NCBI GenBank assembly: GCA_019752795.1
Contig: JAIELS010000049.1
Span: forward strand, 1 to 55,729
Source of the DNA: Sphingobacteriaceae bacterium
GTDB taxonomy: Bacteria; Bacteroidota; Bacteroidia; Sphingobacteriales; Sphingobacteriaceae
DNA: 55,729 nt
Direction: 5' to 3'
The notes under the pieces are model-generated. The model searched no databases, was not told the DNA's origin, and saw nothing but the letters and a program-made list of their open reading frames with translations. Positions 18,089 to 27,698 of this stretch are shown here, in pieces. Made by a program: the position numbers and the translations under genes. Positions within the stretch are counted from its first letter, which is position 1. Each line of letters starts with the position of its first letter.

Positions 18089-18645
18089 TAACTATTAAAA
18101 AGGTCTTTAGCATTTACGTTTTGACGCTCTTCTGCTGTAGATTCCAAAACGCTCATTGTTTGATAGCCTAACATGCTAGCGAAAATACTGCTAGGGAACA
18201 TCATTACCGCATTATTGTAAGTTGTAACCGTAGCATTGTAATTTCTTCTGGCAGCAGCAATTTGTTCTTCACTCTCTGTCCAAGTGCTTTGTAGGTTTAA
18301 AAAATTAGTATTTGCTTTAAGGTCTGGGTAGTTTTCTACACTTACCATTAAGCCTTTAACAGCCGCTCCCATTTGTTGGTCTAACGCTAATTTATCAGCT
18401 TCACTTACATTTGCGCCCATTGCTTTACCTCTTAACTCTGTAATTTTAGTTAAAGTATCACCCTCATATTGGGTATATTGTTTAACTACTTCTACCAAGT
18501 TTGGGATCAAATCGAATCGCTTTTTAAGCATTACATCTATGGCAGAAAAAGCATTAGTTACTTGATTTTTTTTACCAATTAATGAATTATACATTCCGAT
18601 GCCAATAATTACAAAGGCAATAACAATTATAGGTACTATGATCAT
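18088..18645 (-). CDS. lemA: LemA family protein
   Basis: IDVMLKKRFDLIPNLV, ENYPDLKA and ARRNYN..V..YN motifs. Confidence 0.93.
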   Translation of the reverse strand: MIIVPIIVIAFVIIGIGMYNSLIGKKNQVTNAFSAIDVMLKKRFDLIPNLVEVVKQYTQYEGDTLTKITELRGKAMGANVSEADKLALDQQMGAAVKGLMVSVENYPDLKANTNFLNLQSTWTESEEQIAAARRNYNATVTTYNNAVMMFPSSIFASMLGYQTMSVLESTAEERQNVNAKDLFNS

Positions 18646-18731
18646 ATTAGTTTAGTTTAAAGTCTGTTATAAATATATAAAAAATTAATAATAAGATGTT
18701 TGACTGAGATTGCTGTTACAAAAAGTCTTTT

Positions 18732-18768
18732 AAAAAAAATCCCCGCTCAGAAATAAGCAGGGATTTTT
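18732..18768. terminator. Terminator downstream of the DUF4920 gene
   Basis: AAAAAAAATCCCCGCT..AGCAGGGATTTTT. Confidence 0.75.
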
Positions 18769-18788
18769 AATATTTGAGAGTATTTATC

Positions 18789-19259
18789 TTAATTTTTTAA
18801 AATTACTACACCTTTAGCTTCAAATACAATTTCTTTTTTAGGTTTGGTAATTTTTGCAATTTCTTCTGCAGATTTTTTAGCATCTTCTGCAAAATGCTTT
18901 AAATCTTCAATTGAAGTTTCTTTTCTTTCAGCAAAACCATCTAAAACTACTTTTTTGCCTGCTAAATCTTTAGGCATAAAAAATTCATAGTCTTTAAAGT
19001 TTACGAACATCGTTTCGCCATTTGGCAATTCTAAATACATAAAACAACCTTTAGACTGACAAACTGAAGTTACAGTTCCTGTAATTTTCATGTCTTTTTT
19101 TAAACTTTCTCCTAATTGAGCGTTCACTTCTTTAGTTGTAATTACATTACCCTTAGTTACACCAGTTCCAAAAGAAATTCCTTCATAAGAAGTTGCTTCT
19201 TGTGCAAATGCAAACACTGTAAATAAACTAAGTGCTAAGCTTAAAATGATTTTTTTCAT
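18789..19259 (-). CDS. DUF4920-like exported protein
   Basis: Signal peptide; VCQSKGCFM, VNFKDYEFFMPKD and LKHFAEDA motifs. Confidence 0.8.
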   Translation of the reverse strand: MKKIILSLALSLFTVFAFAQEATSYEGISFGTGVTKGNVITTKEVNAQLGESLKKDMKITGTVTSVCQSKGCFMYLELPNGETMFVNFKDYEFFMPKDLAGKKVVLDGFAERKETSIEDLKHFAEDAKKSAEEIAKITKPKKEIVFEAKGVVILKN

Positions 19260-19344
19260 TGTAGTTTATAATTAAATTTGATGTGAATTTAAATAATTTT
19301 TTACAAAAGTATTTAAATTCTTTCTAAACAGGGAATATTAACTA

Positions 19345-19418
19345 AAAAACCTCACTACTTTGCAGTAGCGAGGCCAATCATCCCTATTGTTTGTAATTAC
19401 CTATTACTAGATAACTGC
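19345..19418 (-). ncRNA. Candidate small RNA
   Basis: sigma54-like motif at 19443-19427, GTAA-capped hairpin and a GCAA-capped terminator CCTCGCTACT/AGTAGTGAGG-TTTTTT. Confidence 0.5.
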
Positions 19419-19595
19419 TTACCTGTTACAATAAAGCTTCCAAATTTTTAATCGAGCAGAAACTAATCATAAATAACTAAAAATCAATTCTTTATAATTT
19501 TTTAATTAGAAATTAGATTGCCTTTAATAATTGAGGTGTAGAAATAAATGCTTAAAAGCCAACTTTTGGGTAAATTTCTACACTAATTTAAAATT

Positions 19596-20972
19596 TTATC
19601 CAAAAAGCAAATTGAATACTTCTTCAATTTTACTTACAGTTACAATTTCTATTTTAAATTTATCTTTTATTAAGCCTTTCAGATTGTAGTTAGAAATAAA
19701 TATTTTTTCGAAACCTAATTTTTCCGCTTCCGAAATTCGCTGTTCAATTCTATTTACAGCTCTAATTTCTCCCGATAAGCCAACTTCTGCAGCAAAACAT
19801 ATTTTTGAAGAGATAAAAATATCTTCGTGAGAAGAAATAATTGCCGCCATAATGGCTAAATCTATAGCTGGATCTTCCACTTTAATTCCGCCTGCTATAT
19901 TTAAGAAAACATCTTTAGCACTTAATCTAAAGCCGCACCGTTTTTCGAGTACGGCCAATAGCATGTTCATTCTTTTGGTGTCAAAACCTGTAGCCGAGCG
20001 CTGAGGAGTTCCATAAGCTGCAACACTAACCAACGCTTGTGTCTCGATTAACATTGGTCTAGCGCCTTCTAAAGTTGCGCCAATTGTAATTCCGCTTAGC
20101 TCTTCATCCCTTTGGGATAATAATATTTCTGAAGGGTTCGAAACTTCTCTTAAACCACTGCTTTGCATAGCATAAATACCAAGTTCAGCTGCAGCACCAA
20201 AACGGTTTTTGATTGATCTTAATATTCTGTAAATATGATGCCTGTCTCCCTCAAATTGTAACACAGTATCTACCATGTGTTCTAAAATTTTCGGTCCAGC
20301 AATTGCGCCGTCTTTAGTAATGTGACCGATTAAAAAAACTGGTGTATTTGTTTCTTTTGCAAATCTTAATAATTCTGCTGTACATTCTCTTACTTGAGAT
20401 ACGCTTCCAGGAGTAGATTCGATATGAGAAGAATGTAAAGTTTGTATCGAATCAACAATTACAATATCTGGATCTAGTTGTTCAATTTGCTTAAAAATAT
20501 TTTGGGTTGATGTTTCTGTTAGGATATAGCAATCAGCTTTTGGATTTGTAGTAATCCTTTCGGCACGCATTTTAATTTGCTGTTCACTTTCTTCACCAGA
20601 AACATACAATACTTTTTTTCCGGCTACATTTAAAGCTAATTGTAACATCAATGTCGATTTTCCAATACCAGGTTCACCTCCAATTAAAATTACAGAACCT
20701 GCAATTAATCCACCGCCTAAAACTCTGTCTAATTCTAAATCCCCGGTACTTACTCTTTCTTCAGTAGCACTTTGAATTTCTTCTACTTTACTCGGTTTAC
20801 TTAAACGTTGTGTGCCAGAAGGTGATTTCCAAGTAGGAACGTTTGTTGCTCCCTTGTCAATGACTTCTTCTACAAAAGTATTCCATTGGCTACATGAAGG
20901 ACATTTGCCTAACCATTTTGCAGATTCGTAACCACAACTTTGACAAAAATATGCTGATTTAGTTTTAGCCAA
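19596..20972 (-). CDS. radA: DNA repair protein RadA/Sms
   Basis: CxxC..CxxC zinc finger, GEPGIGKST, KNRFG and a Lon-like C-terminal domain. Confidence 0.97.
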   Translation of the reverse strand: MAKTKSAYFCQSCGYESAKWLGKCPSCSQWNTFVEEVIDKGATNVPTWKSPSGTQRLSKPSKVEEIQSATEERVSTGDLELDRVLGGGLIAGSVILIGGEPGIGKSTLMLQLALNVAGKKVLYVSGEESEQQIKMRAERITTNPKADCYILTETSTQNIFKQIEQLDPDIVIVDSIQTLHSSHIESTPGSVSQVRECTAELLRFAKETNTPVFLIGHITKDGAIAGPKILEHMVDTVLQFEGDRHHIYRILRSIKNRFGAAAELGIYAMQSSGLREVSNPSEILLSQRDEELSGITIGATLEGARPMLIETQALVSVAAYGTPQRSATGFDTKRMNMLLAVLEKRCGFRLSAKDVFLNIAGGIKVEDPAIDLAIMAAIISSHEDIFISSKICFAAEVGLSGEIRAVNRIEQRISEAEKLGFEKIFISNYNLKGLIKDKFKIEIVTVSKIEEVFNLLFG

Positions 20973-21040
20973 TTGATTTATACATTTTAGTTTTACGAAT
21001 TTAGATTTTATTCGATTTAAAAACCAAGTTAGTTTTAAAC

Positions 21041-21066
21041 AAAAAAGCCACGATAAAATCGTGGCT
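21041..21066 (-). terminator. Terminator after the RNase E/G gene
   Basis: AGCCACGAT-TTT-ATCGTGGCT followed by TTTTT on the minus strand. Confidence 0.85.
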
Positions 21067-21081
21067 AATATTTTTTAAGTC

Positions 21082-22632
21082 TTAGAGCTTAATTTCTTCG
21101 TCTTTTGAGGATAAGAAATGAAACTCAGTAAGATTATATGAAGAAACTGATCTCAATTTTATACGTTGTCCAAATTTAAAGAACCACTTCCATTGTAAGG
21201 ATATTAATCCTTTTTGAATGAATGCTGCAATATATGGATGAACACAAAGTGTGACGTTTTTTTCATTTTGCTCTTGTAAAATGTAGGTCAGATTACTTTC
21301 TATATCATCCATTAAGACAATACTTGCTTTAATCTCTCCTGTACCATCACAAGTTGGGCATTTTTCTACCGTAACAATATTCATTTCTGGCCTTACACGC
21401 TGACGAGTTATTTGTACTAAACCAAATTTACTTGGAGGTAAAATAGTATGTTTAGCACGATCTAACAACATCAATTCTCGTAAATAATCGAAAAGCATTT
21501 TACGGTTAGCAGGTTTATGTAAATCGATAAAATCGATGACCACAATACCACCCATATCTCTTAATCTCAACTGACGAGCAATCTCTTTAGCAGCTTCTTT
21601 ATTTACTTGAAGTGCATTTTCTTCTTGATTTTCTTTACTAGCCGTTCTATTACCGCTGTTTACATCAATTACGTGTAAAGCTTCAGTATGTTCTACTACT
21701 AAATAAGCTCCGCCAGCAAGATTAACTGTTTTTCCGAAACCATTTTTAATTTGTTTTTCTACACCGAAATGCTCAAAGATTGGCTCTTTATGTTTGTAAT
21801 GTTTCACAATTTTCTCCATTTCTGGAGAAATTTCGTGCACATAAGAACGAATATCCTCGAACAAATTTGCATCGTTTACATAAACATTAGCAAAATCGGT
21901 ACTTAAAATATCACGGATAAGAGTAGAAGTACGATCCATCTCCCCCCAAACCCTTTTAGAAGGTTCTGCATCGGGTAGTTTTTTAGTAAAACTCTCCCAT
22001 TTAGATACAGAATCTAATAAGTCTTTTTGTAATTCGGCAACACCTTTACCTTCGGATACCGTTCTAATGATTACCCCAAAATTTTTGGGCTTAATACTTT
22101 CAATAATCTTTTTAAGTCGATTACGTTCGGTATTGCTTTTAATCTTTTTAGAGATTGATATGACGTTAGAAAAAGGTACTAAAACTATATATCTTCCTGC
22201 AATAGAAAGATCAGAGCTTAATCTAGGTCCTTTAGTAGATATAGGTTCTTTAGCAATTTGAACAGGTAAGATCAAATTTTTACTAACAATATCGGATATT
22301 TTACCTGCCTTGTTAATATCAGCCTCTAACTTAAAGTTATCTAATAAATTTCCATTAACTGTACCGTTACGCTTAATTTTAGTAAGCTTTATTAAAGATT
22401 GTACTTGAGGGCCTAAGTCAAAATAATGCAAAAAAGCATCTTTTTCATAACCAACATCAACAAACGCTGCATTTAAACCAGGCATTATTTTTTTAATACG
22501 GCCTAAATAAATATCGCCAACGGCGTAATTGTTGTTGATGTGTTCTTTATGAAGCTCTACAAGGTATTTATCTTCAATTAAAGCTATGGTTACTCCAGTA
22601 GGAGTTGAATCGATTATTAATTCCTTTACCAA
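21082..22632 (-). CDS. rng: Rne/Rng family ribonuclease
   Basis: S1 domain (GDIYLG..PGLNAAFVD), KEPISTKGPRL, IDVNSG, LRDMGGIVVIDFID and CPTCDGTG motifs. Confidence 0.95.
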   Translation of the reverse strand: MVKELIIDSTPTGVTIALIEDKYLVELHKEHINNNYAVGDIYLGRIKKIMPGLNAAFVDVGYEKDAFLHYFDLGPQVQSLIKLTKIKRNGTVNGNLLDNFKLEADINKAGKISDIVSKNLILPVQIAKEPISTKGPRLSSDLSIAGRYIVLVPFSNVISISKKIKSNTERNRLKKIIESIKPKNFGVIIRTVSEGKGVAELQKDLLDSVSKWESFTKKLPDAEPSKRVWGEMDRTSTLIRDILSTDFANVYVNDANLFEDIRSYVHEISPEMEKIVKHYKHKEPIFEHFGVEKQIKNGFGKTVNLAGGAYLVVEHTEALHVIDVNSGNRTASKENQEENALQVNKEAAKEIARQLRLRDMGGIVVIDFIDLHKPANRKMLFDYLRELMLLDRAKHTILPPSKFGLVQITRQRVRPEMNIVTVEKCPTCDGTGEIKASIVLMDDIESNLTYILQEQNEKNVTLCVHPYIAAFIQKGLISLQWKWFFKFGQRIKLRSVSSYNLTEFHFLSSKDEEIKL

Positions 22633-22753
22633 AAGCTACAGATTTTAAGGCAAACAAATGCCTTATTACACATGGACAAAAAACAATTGAATCCAAAAAT
22701 AAACACTCGATTAATCTAGTGTTTATTTTTGGCCAATACAAAATAGGAAAATC

Positions 22754-22843
22754 CTATTTTTTCTTGTGTCTGTTTTTTCTTAAACGTTTTTTACGTTTGT
22801 GCGTAGCCATTTTATGTCTTTTTCTTTTTTTACCGCTTGGCAT
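22754..22843 (-). CDS. 30S ribosomal protein bS22 (AURKAIP1/COX24-like, 29 aa), absent from the ORF track
   Basis: Own translation MPSGKKRKRHKMATHKRKKRLRKNRHKKK*, which matches the Bacteroidota bS22 pattern. Confidence 0.9.
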   Translation of the reverse strand: MPSGKKRKRHKMATHKRKKRLRKNRHKKK

Positions 22844-22886
22844 AATTTTAAATTTTAAATGTTTTTATTAATCTGTTAATTAACGT

Positions 22887-23747
22887 TTATTTTTTTAACT
22901 CAGCTATCTTATTATCAAGAAATTTCAAGAAAGATGGATTAGCTGTTAATTTTCGGCTATTTAAATAAGCGTCTATTGCCTCATTCTTTTTGTTCAAACT
23001 TTCATAAGCCGTAGCTAAATAAAAGTAGGCTTCTGGTGTTGCCCCGATATTGCTTATCACATCATTAAAACGAGTGATTGCTTTATCAAATTGACCAGAC
23101 TTAATAGCAAATAATCCTAAGTTCATATTTGCCTTAAGGTTTTTTGGATCTTTTTTAACCACATCCATCAACAATGCGATCCCTTCCATTGGAGCTCCCG
23201 CTCCATTAACGATGGTTACACCTAAACCGGTTTTAGCATCCGTTAATGATGAATCTAAAGCTAACGAATTTTTAAAAGACACATTAGCTTTTTGAAGCAA
23301 GGTATTTCTAATTTCATTATCTTCAGGTGTATTGTCAAATGCCTTCAAATAACGATCACCAGCAGCTAGCCAATTTGTTGATGACGGCTCGCTTGTTGCA
23401 ACTACCTCCAAGTACATCGCACTCGGTATAGCTTGTTCTAAATCATTCCATTTTTGAGCTAAAATAGTAGCTTTTTTGGCTTTTTCAATTCCAGAAGCGC
23501 TCATGTAAGCTGATTCTATAGCCGAAATTTCTTTAGTTGAAGCTGTGCTGATTAAATTTTTTGCTGTATTTGAAACCTCTATAATGTTTAACTCAGGAGC
23601 AGTATTATTTGCTGCTGCAGCTGGCATTTCTTTGGTTTCTTCTTTTGGCTTAACCAAACCCTTAATTTCTCGTGTAAACAAAAACCCTACAAGCACTAGC
23701 ATTGCTACAATTATAATAACTTGTTTAGAACGGATATTGTTTAACAT
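22887..23747 (-). CDS. Tetratricopeptide repeat protein with N-terminal anchor
   Basis: N-terminal hydrophobic segment; TPR-like repeats (NLGLFAIKSGQFDKAI, AYFYLATAYESL). Confidence 0.8.
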   Translation of the reverse strand: MLNNIRSKQVIIIVAMLVLVGFLFTREIKGLVKPKEETKEMPAAAANNTAPELNIIEVSNTAKNLISTASTKEISAIESAYMSASGIEKAKKATILAQKWNDLEQAIPSAMYLEVVATSEPSSTNWLAAGDRYLKAFDNTPEDNEIRNTLLQKANVSFKNSLALDSSLTDAKTGLGVTIVNGAGAPMEGIALLMDVVKKDPKNLKANMNLGLFAIKSGQFDKAITRFNDVISNIGATPEAYFYLATAYESLNKKNEAIDAYLNSRKLTANPSFLKFLDNKIAELKK

Positions 23748-23759
23748 AATAGATTAGAA

Positions 23760-24062
23760 TTAAGCTTCTACTTTTAAATTTTTAGTATTATTTTTCACCT
23801 TATCAACAAATACTTTTGCTGGTTTAAAGCTTGGAACGAAATGTTCTGGAATAATAATCGCAGTGTTTTTAGAAATATTTCTAGCAGTCTTTTGAGCTCT
23901 CTTTTTTACTACGAAACTACCAAAGCCTCTTACATACACATTTTCTCCACCAATCATGCTGTTCTTGATCACTTTGAAAAATGCTTCTACCGTCTCCTGA
24001 ACGTCTACCTTTTCAATTCCTGTTTTTGTTGATATTTCTGAAATAATATCTGCCTTAGTCAT
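23760..24062 (-). CDS. HU/IHF-family DNA-binding protein
   Basis: MTKADII, RGFGSF, ARNI and PSFKP motifs. Confidence 0.95.
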   Translation of the reverse strand: MTKADIISEISTKTGIEKVDVQETVEAFFKVIKNSMIGGENVYVRGFGSFVVKKRAQKTARNISKNTAIIIPEHFVPSFKPAKVFVDKVKNNTKNLKVEA

Positions 24063-24233
24063 ATTTTCTATTTATTAAGTTATTGAGTGTTAAATATTAT
24101 AACTGTTTTGGGGTTGCAAAAGTATTGCTTTTTAATGAGATAGGAAAATAAAAGATGATTTATTTATACTGAATGTTATCATGATAGTGCAACTTTTGTT
24201 AAAAAGTTATAATTTGATTGTATTTTTGGACAA

Positions 24234-25283
24234 ATGAGCATCCAAAAAGAAATTATTAAATGGTATAAACTTAATAAAAGAGACTTGCCTTGGCGTAATA
24301 CTACTGACGCATATACAATTTGGTTATCGGAAATTATATTACAACAAACCCGAGTTGAACAAGGCTTACCCTATTTTAATAAATTTTTAGAAAATTTTCC
24401 GAGCATACAAGATTTTGCAGCAGCTTCAGAAATTCAAGTTCTAAAACTATGGCAAGGTTTAGGTTATTATTCTCGTGGTAGAAATATGCTTTTTACCGCT
24501 AAGCAAGTGATTGATTTACATCAAGGCGTATTTCCTGTACACTACAACCAGTTGATAAAACTAAAAGGCATAGGAGAATATACTGCTGCTGCAATTTCAT
24601 CATTTTCAAATAATGAAGCTAAAGCTGTTTTAGACGGGAACGTATTTAGGTTGTTAGCAAGATATTTTGGTATTGAAGAACCAATTAATTCTACTATCGG
24701 AAAAAAAATATTTACTGAACTTGCACAAACTTTAATTATTGATCAAAAACCTTCCCTTTATAACCAAGCTATAATGGAGTTTGGTGCCCTACAATGTAAG
24801 CCTAAATTGCCTTTATGTAGTACTTGCCCCTTGCAATTAGACTGCTATGCATTAAAAAATAATAAGATCAATTTACTGCCTGTTAAACTAAAAAAAGTTA
24901 AAGTAAAAGAAAGATGGTTCAATTATTTTGTAGGGATTAAAGATGGGCGAATTCTAACAAATCAGCGCAATGCTGGAGATATTTGGCAACAAATGTTCGA
25001 TTTTCCATTAATTGAAACCGCCGCTAAAGTTCAAGAAGATGATTCAGATTTTATGGAAAGCGTTAAATCTAACTTTGGAGAACAAGTCAAAATCTCTAAA
25101 ATAGTGGAGAAAAAACATTTATTAACTCACCAAATTATATATGTTCAATTTTTTGCTTTAGAGAATTATATGATTAACTTTAATCAACGTACAGAAATTA
25201 AATCCGTTTTACTAGAAGATTTTGAGGGTTTACCACATCCAAAAGTAATTAGTGATTTTATTAACTATTACGTAAAAAACTAA
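24234..25283 (+). CDS. mutY: A/G-specific adenine glycosylase
   Basis: RDLPWR, SEIILQQT, WQGLGYYSR, HhH GIGEYTA, DGNV and an Fe-S Cys motif. Confidence 0.96.
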   Translation: MSIQKEIIKWYKLNKRDLPWRNTTDAYTIWLSEIILQQTRVEQGLPYFNKFLENFPSIQDFAAASEIQVLKLWQGLGYYSRGRNMLFTAKQVIDLHQGVFPVHYNQLIKLKGIGEYTAAAISSFSNNEAKAVLDGNVFRLLARYFGIEEPINSTIGKKIFTELAQTLIIDQKPSLYNQAIMEFGALQCKPKLPLCSTCPLQLDCYALKNNKINLLPVKLKKVKVKERWFNYFVGIKDGRILTNQRNAGDIWQQMFDFPLIETAAKVQEDDSDFMESVKSNFGEQVKISKIVEKKHLLTHQIIYVQFFALENYMINFNQRTEIKSVLLEDFEGLPHPKVISDFINYYVKN

Positions 25284-25295
25284 TCAAGTATATGT

Positions 25296-25730
25296 ATGTC
25301 GGGTATTAACAAAGTTATTTTAGTTGGGCATCTGGGTAAAGATCCAGAAGTTAGACATTTAGATGGTGGAGTAACTGTCGCAAGCTTTCCTTTAGCTACT
25401 TCAGAGACTTATAATAAAGATGGAAAACGTGTAGAGCAAACCGAATGGCATAATATTGTACTTTGGCGAGGCTTAGCGGAAGTTGCCTCAAAATATCTTC
25501 AAAAAGGAAAATTGGTTTATATTGAAGGTAAGTTAAGAACACGTTCTTTTGAAGATAAAGAAAAAGTGAAAAAGTATGTAACTGAAGTCGTTGCAGAAAA
25601 TTTTACAATGCTAGGTAGAAAAAGTGATTTTGAAAACACGCCTGCAAGCACAGGAACGCCTAAAAGTGAGGATGATTACGTTACTCCTACAACTGATTCT
25701 GTGGCTGAAACAGGAGATCTTCCTTTTTAA
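25296..25730 (+). CDS. ssb: Single-stranded DNA-binding protein
   Basis: NKVILVGHLGKDP, TEWH and the C-terminal DLPF. Confidence 0.97.
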   Translation: MSGINKVILVGHLGKDPEVRHLDGGVTVASFPLATSETYNKDGKRVEQTEWHNIVLWRGLAEVASKYLQKGKLVYIEGKLRTRSFEDKEKVKKYVTEVVAENFTMLGRKSDFENTPASTGTPKSEDDYVTPTTDSVAETGDLPF

Positions 25731-25746
25731 AATTAAATTATATGAA

Positions 25747-25780
25747 TTAAAAACGCCCCGAATTTTCGGGGCGTTTTTAA
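25747..25780. terminator. Bidirectional terminator ssb / glmS
   Basis: Perfect TTAAAAACGCCCCGAA/TTCGGGGCGTTTTTAA inverted repeat. Confidence 0.92.
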
Positions 25781-25782
25781 TT

Positions 25783-27621
25783 TTATTCTACCGTTACAGA
25801 TTTAGCTAAGTTTCTAGGTTGATCTACATTACACCCTCTTAAAACTGCGATATGATAGGATAATAATTGAAGAGGTATTGTGGCTAATAATGGCAAAAAT
25901 GCCTCGCTCGCATCAGGAATTTCTATACAATAGTCGGCCATTTTTTTAACTTCAGTATCGCCTTCGGTTACAATTGCAAGCACAATGCCTTTCCTAGCTT
26001 TTACTTCTTGAATATTGCTAATTACTTTTTCGTAAGATGAGTTTTTAGTTGCAATAACGATTACAGGCATTTCTTCATCAATTAAGGCAATTGGTCCGTG
26101 CTTCATCTCTGCAGCAGGATAGCCCTCAGCATGAATATAAGATATTTCTTTTAATTTTAGTGCACCTTCTAAAGCTACAGGAAAACCAAATCCTCTTCCT
26201 AAGAATAAACAATTTCTAGAGTCTTTAAATTTTTCTGAGATTTCTTTAATTAATTCATTTGATTGTAAGGCTATTTGAATTTTATCTGGAATACAATCTA
26301 ACTCTGTTAATAATTCGATTAATTTAGATTTGGTAATGGTGCCTTTTTGTTGCGCCATGTAAAACGCCATTAATGTAAGAACAGTAACCTGAGCAGTGAA
26401 TGCCTTAGTAGAGGCAACTCCAATCTCAGGACCAGCATGTGTATAAACGCCTGCATGGGTAAGCCTAGGGATTGATGCCCCAACAACATTACAAACACCA
26501 AATATAGTTGCTCCTTTTTCTTTTGCTAGCTCTATGGCAGCCATAGTATCAGCAGTCTCTCCAGATTGAGATATTGCAATTACTACGTCTTTTTCAGTTA
26601 TAATTGGATTTCTGTATCTAAATTCAGATGCATATTCAACTTCAACCGGAATACGAGCGTATTCTTCAATTAAATATTCGCCCACTAAACCAGCATGCCA
26701 AGATGTACCACAAGCCACAATTATAATTCGATCTACATTCTTTAGCTTGTCTACAAACTCTTTAATCCCTCCTAGTTGTACATTACCGTCTTCAGGGTAA
26801 ATACGCCCCCTCATGCAATCTCTAATAGACCTAGGTTGCTCATAGATTTCTTTGAGCATAAAATGATCATAGCCACCTTTTTCTAGGGTTTCTAGTTTCA
26901 ATTCTAATTCTTGAACATATGGAGTTTGCACTACGTTATCTAAACGTTTGATGATAAGTTCATCGCGTTTGATATGGGCAATTTCGTTATCGTTAAGATA
27001 AATTACATTTTTAGTATACTCAATAATGGGTGTTGCATCAGAAGCGATAAAATATTCTCCTTTACCAACTCCAATTACCATCGGACTACCTTTTCTAGCT
27101 GCAATTAGCTCATTTGGATTGTCTTCATCCATAATTACAATTGCGTAAGCTCCGTTAACCTCTCTTAGTGCTAAACGAACTGCTTCTACTAACTCTGTAT
27201 TCTCATTTTTATATATTTCCTCTATAAGATGGATGAGAACTTCTGTATCTGTATCGCTATTAAATGTATGTCCTCTAGTTTCAAGCTCTGCTTTTATTGT
27301 AGCATAGTTTTCAATTATACCATTATGTATAATGCTTAATTTTCCATTATTGGATAGATGTGGGTGCGAGTTTCTATCAGATGGAGCGCCATGAGTTGCC
27401 CAACGGGTGTGTCCCATGCCTATCGTACCAGAAAGATCTTTTCCTTCCGCAAAATTCTCTAGCTCTTGTACTTTACCAGCCTTTTTATAAATTTTTAGGT
27501 TACTGTTGTTAATTAATGCGATACCAGCACTGTCATAACCACGATATTCTAATCTTTTAAGCCCCTTAATAACAATTGGCCAAGCTTCTCTATACCCTAT
27601 ATAGCCTACTATCCCACACAT
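25783..27621 (-). CDS. glmS: Glutamine--fructose-6-phosphate aminotransferase
   Basis: MCGIVG, EYRGYDSAG, GHTRWATHG, SQSGET and PRNLAKSVTVE motifs. Confidence 0.98.
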   Translation of the reverse strand: MCGIVGYIGYREAWPIVIKGLKRLEYRGYDSAGIALINNSNLKIYKKAGKVQELENFAEGKDLSGTIGMGHTRWATHGAPSDRNSHPHLSNNGKLSIIHNGIIENYATIKAELETRGHTFNSDTDTEVLIHLIEEIYKNENTELVEAVRLALREVNGAYAIVIMDEDNPNELIAARKGSPMVIGVGKGEYFIASDATPIIEYTKNVIYLNDNEIAHIKRDELIIKRLDNVVQTPYVQELELKLETLEKGGYDHFMLKEIYEQPRSIRDCMRGRIYPEDGNVQLGGIKEFVDKLKNVDRIIIVACGTSWHAGLVGEYLIEEYARIPVEVEYASEFRYRNPIITEKDVVIAISQSGETADTMAAIELAKEKGATIFGVCNVVGASIPRLTHAGVYTHAGPEIGVASTKAFTAQVTVLTLMAFYMAQQKGTITKSKLIELLTELDCIPDKIQIALQSNELIKEISEKFKDSRNCLFLGRGFGFPVALEGALKLKEISYIHAEGYPAAEMKHGPIALIDEEMPVIVIATKNSSYEKVISNIQEVKARKGIVLAIVTEGDTEVKKMADYCIEIPDASEAFLPLLATIPLQLLSYHIAVLRGCNVDQPRNLAKSVTVE

Positions 27622-27640
27622 AATTTTCTATTTTAATAAC

Positions 27641-27674
27641 AAATCCCCCGAAAATACTTAATTCTCGGGGGATT
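27641..27674 (-). terminator. GC-rich hairpin between the DUF4270 gene and glmS
   Basis: ATCCCCCGA..TCGGGGGAT stem with a weak U tract on the minus strand. Confidence 0.55.
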
Positions 27675-27698
27675 ATTATAAATTAAAGGTGAATTAAA

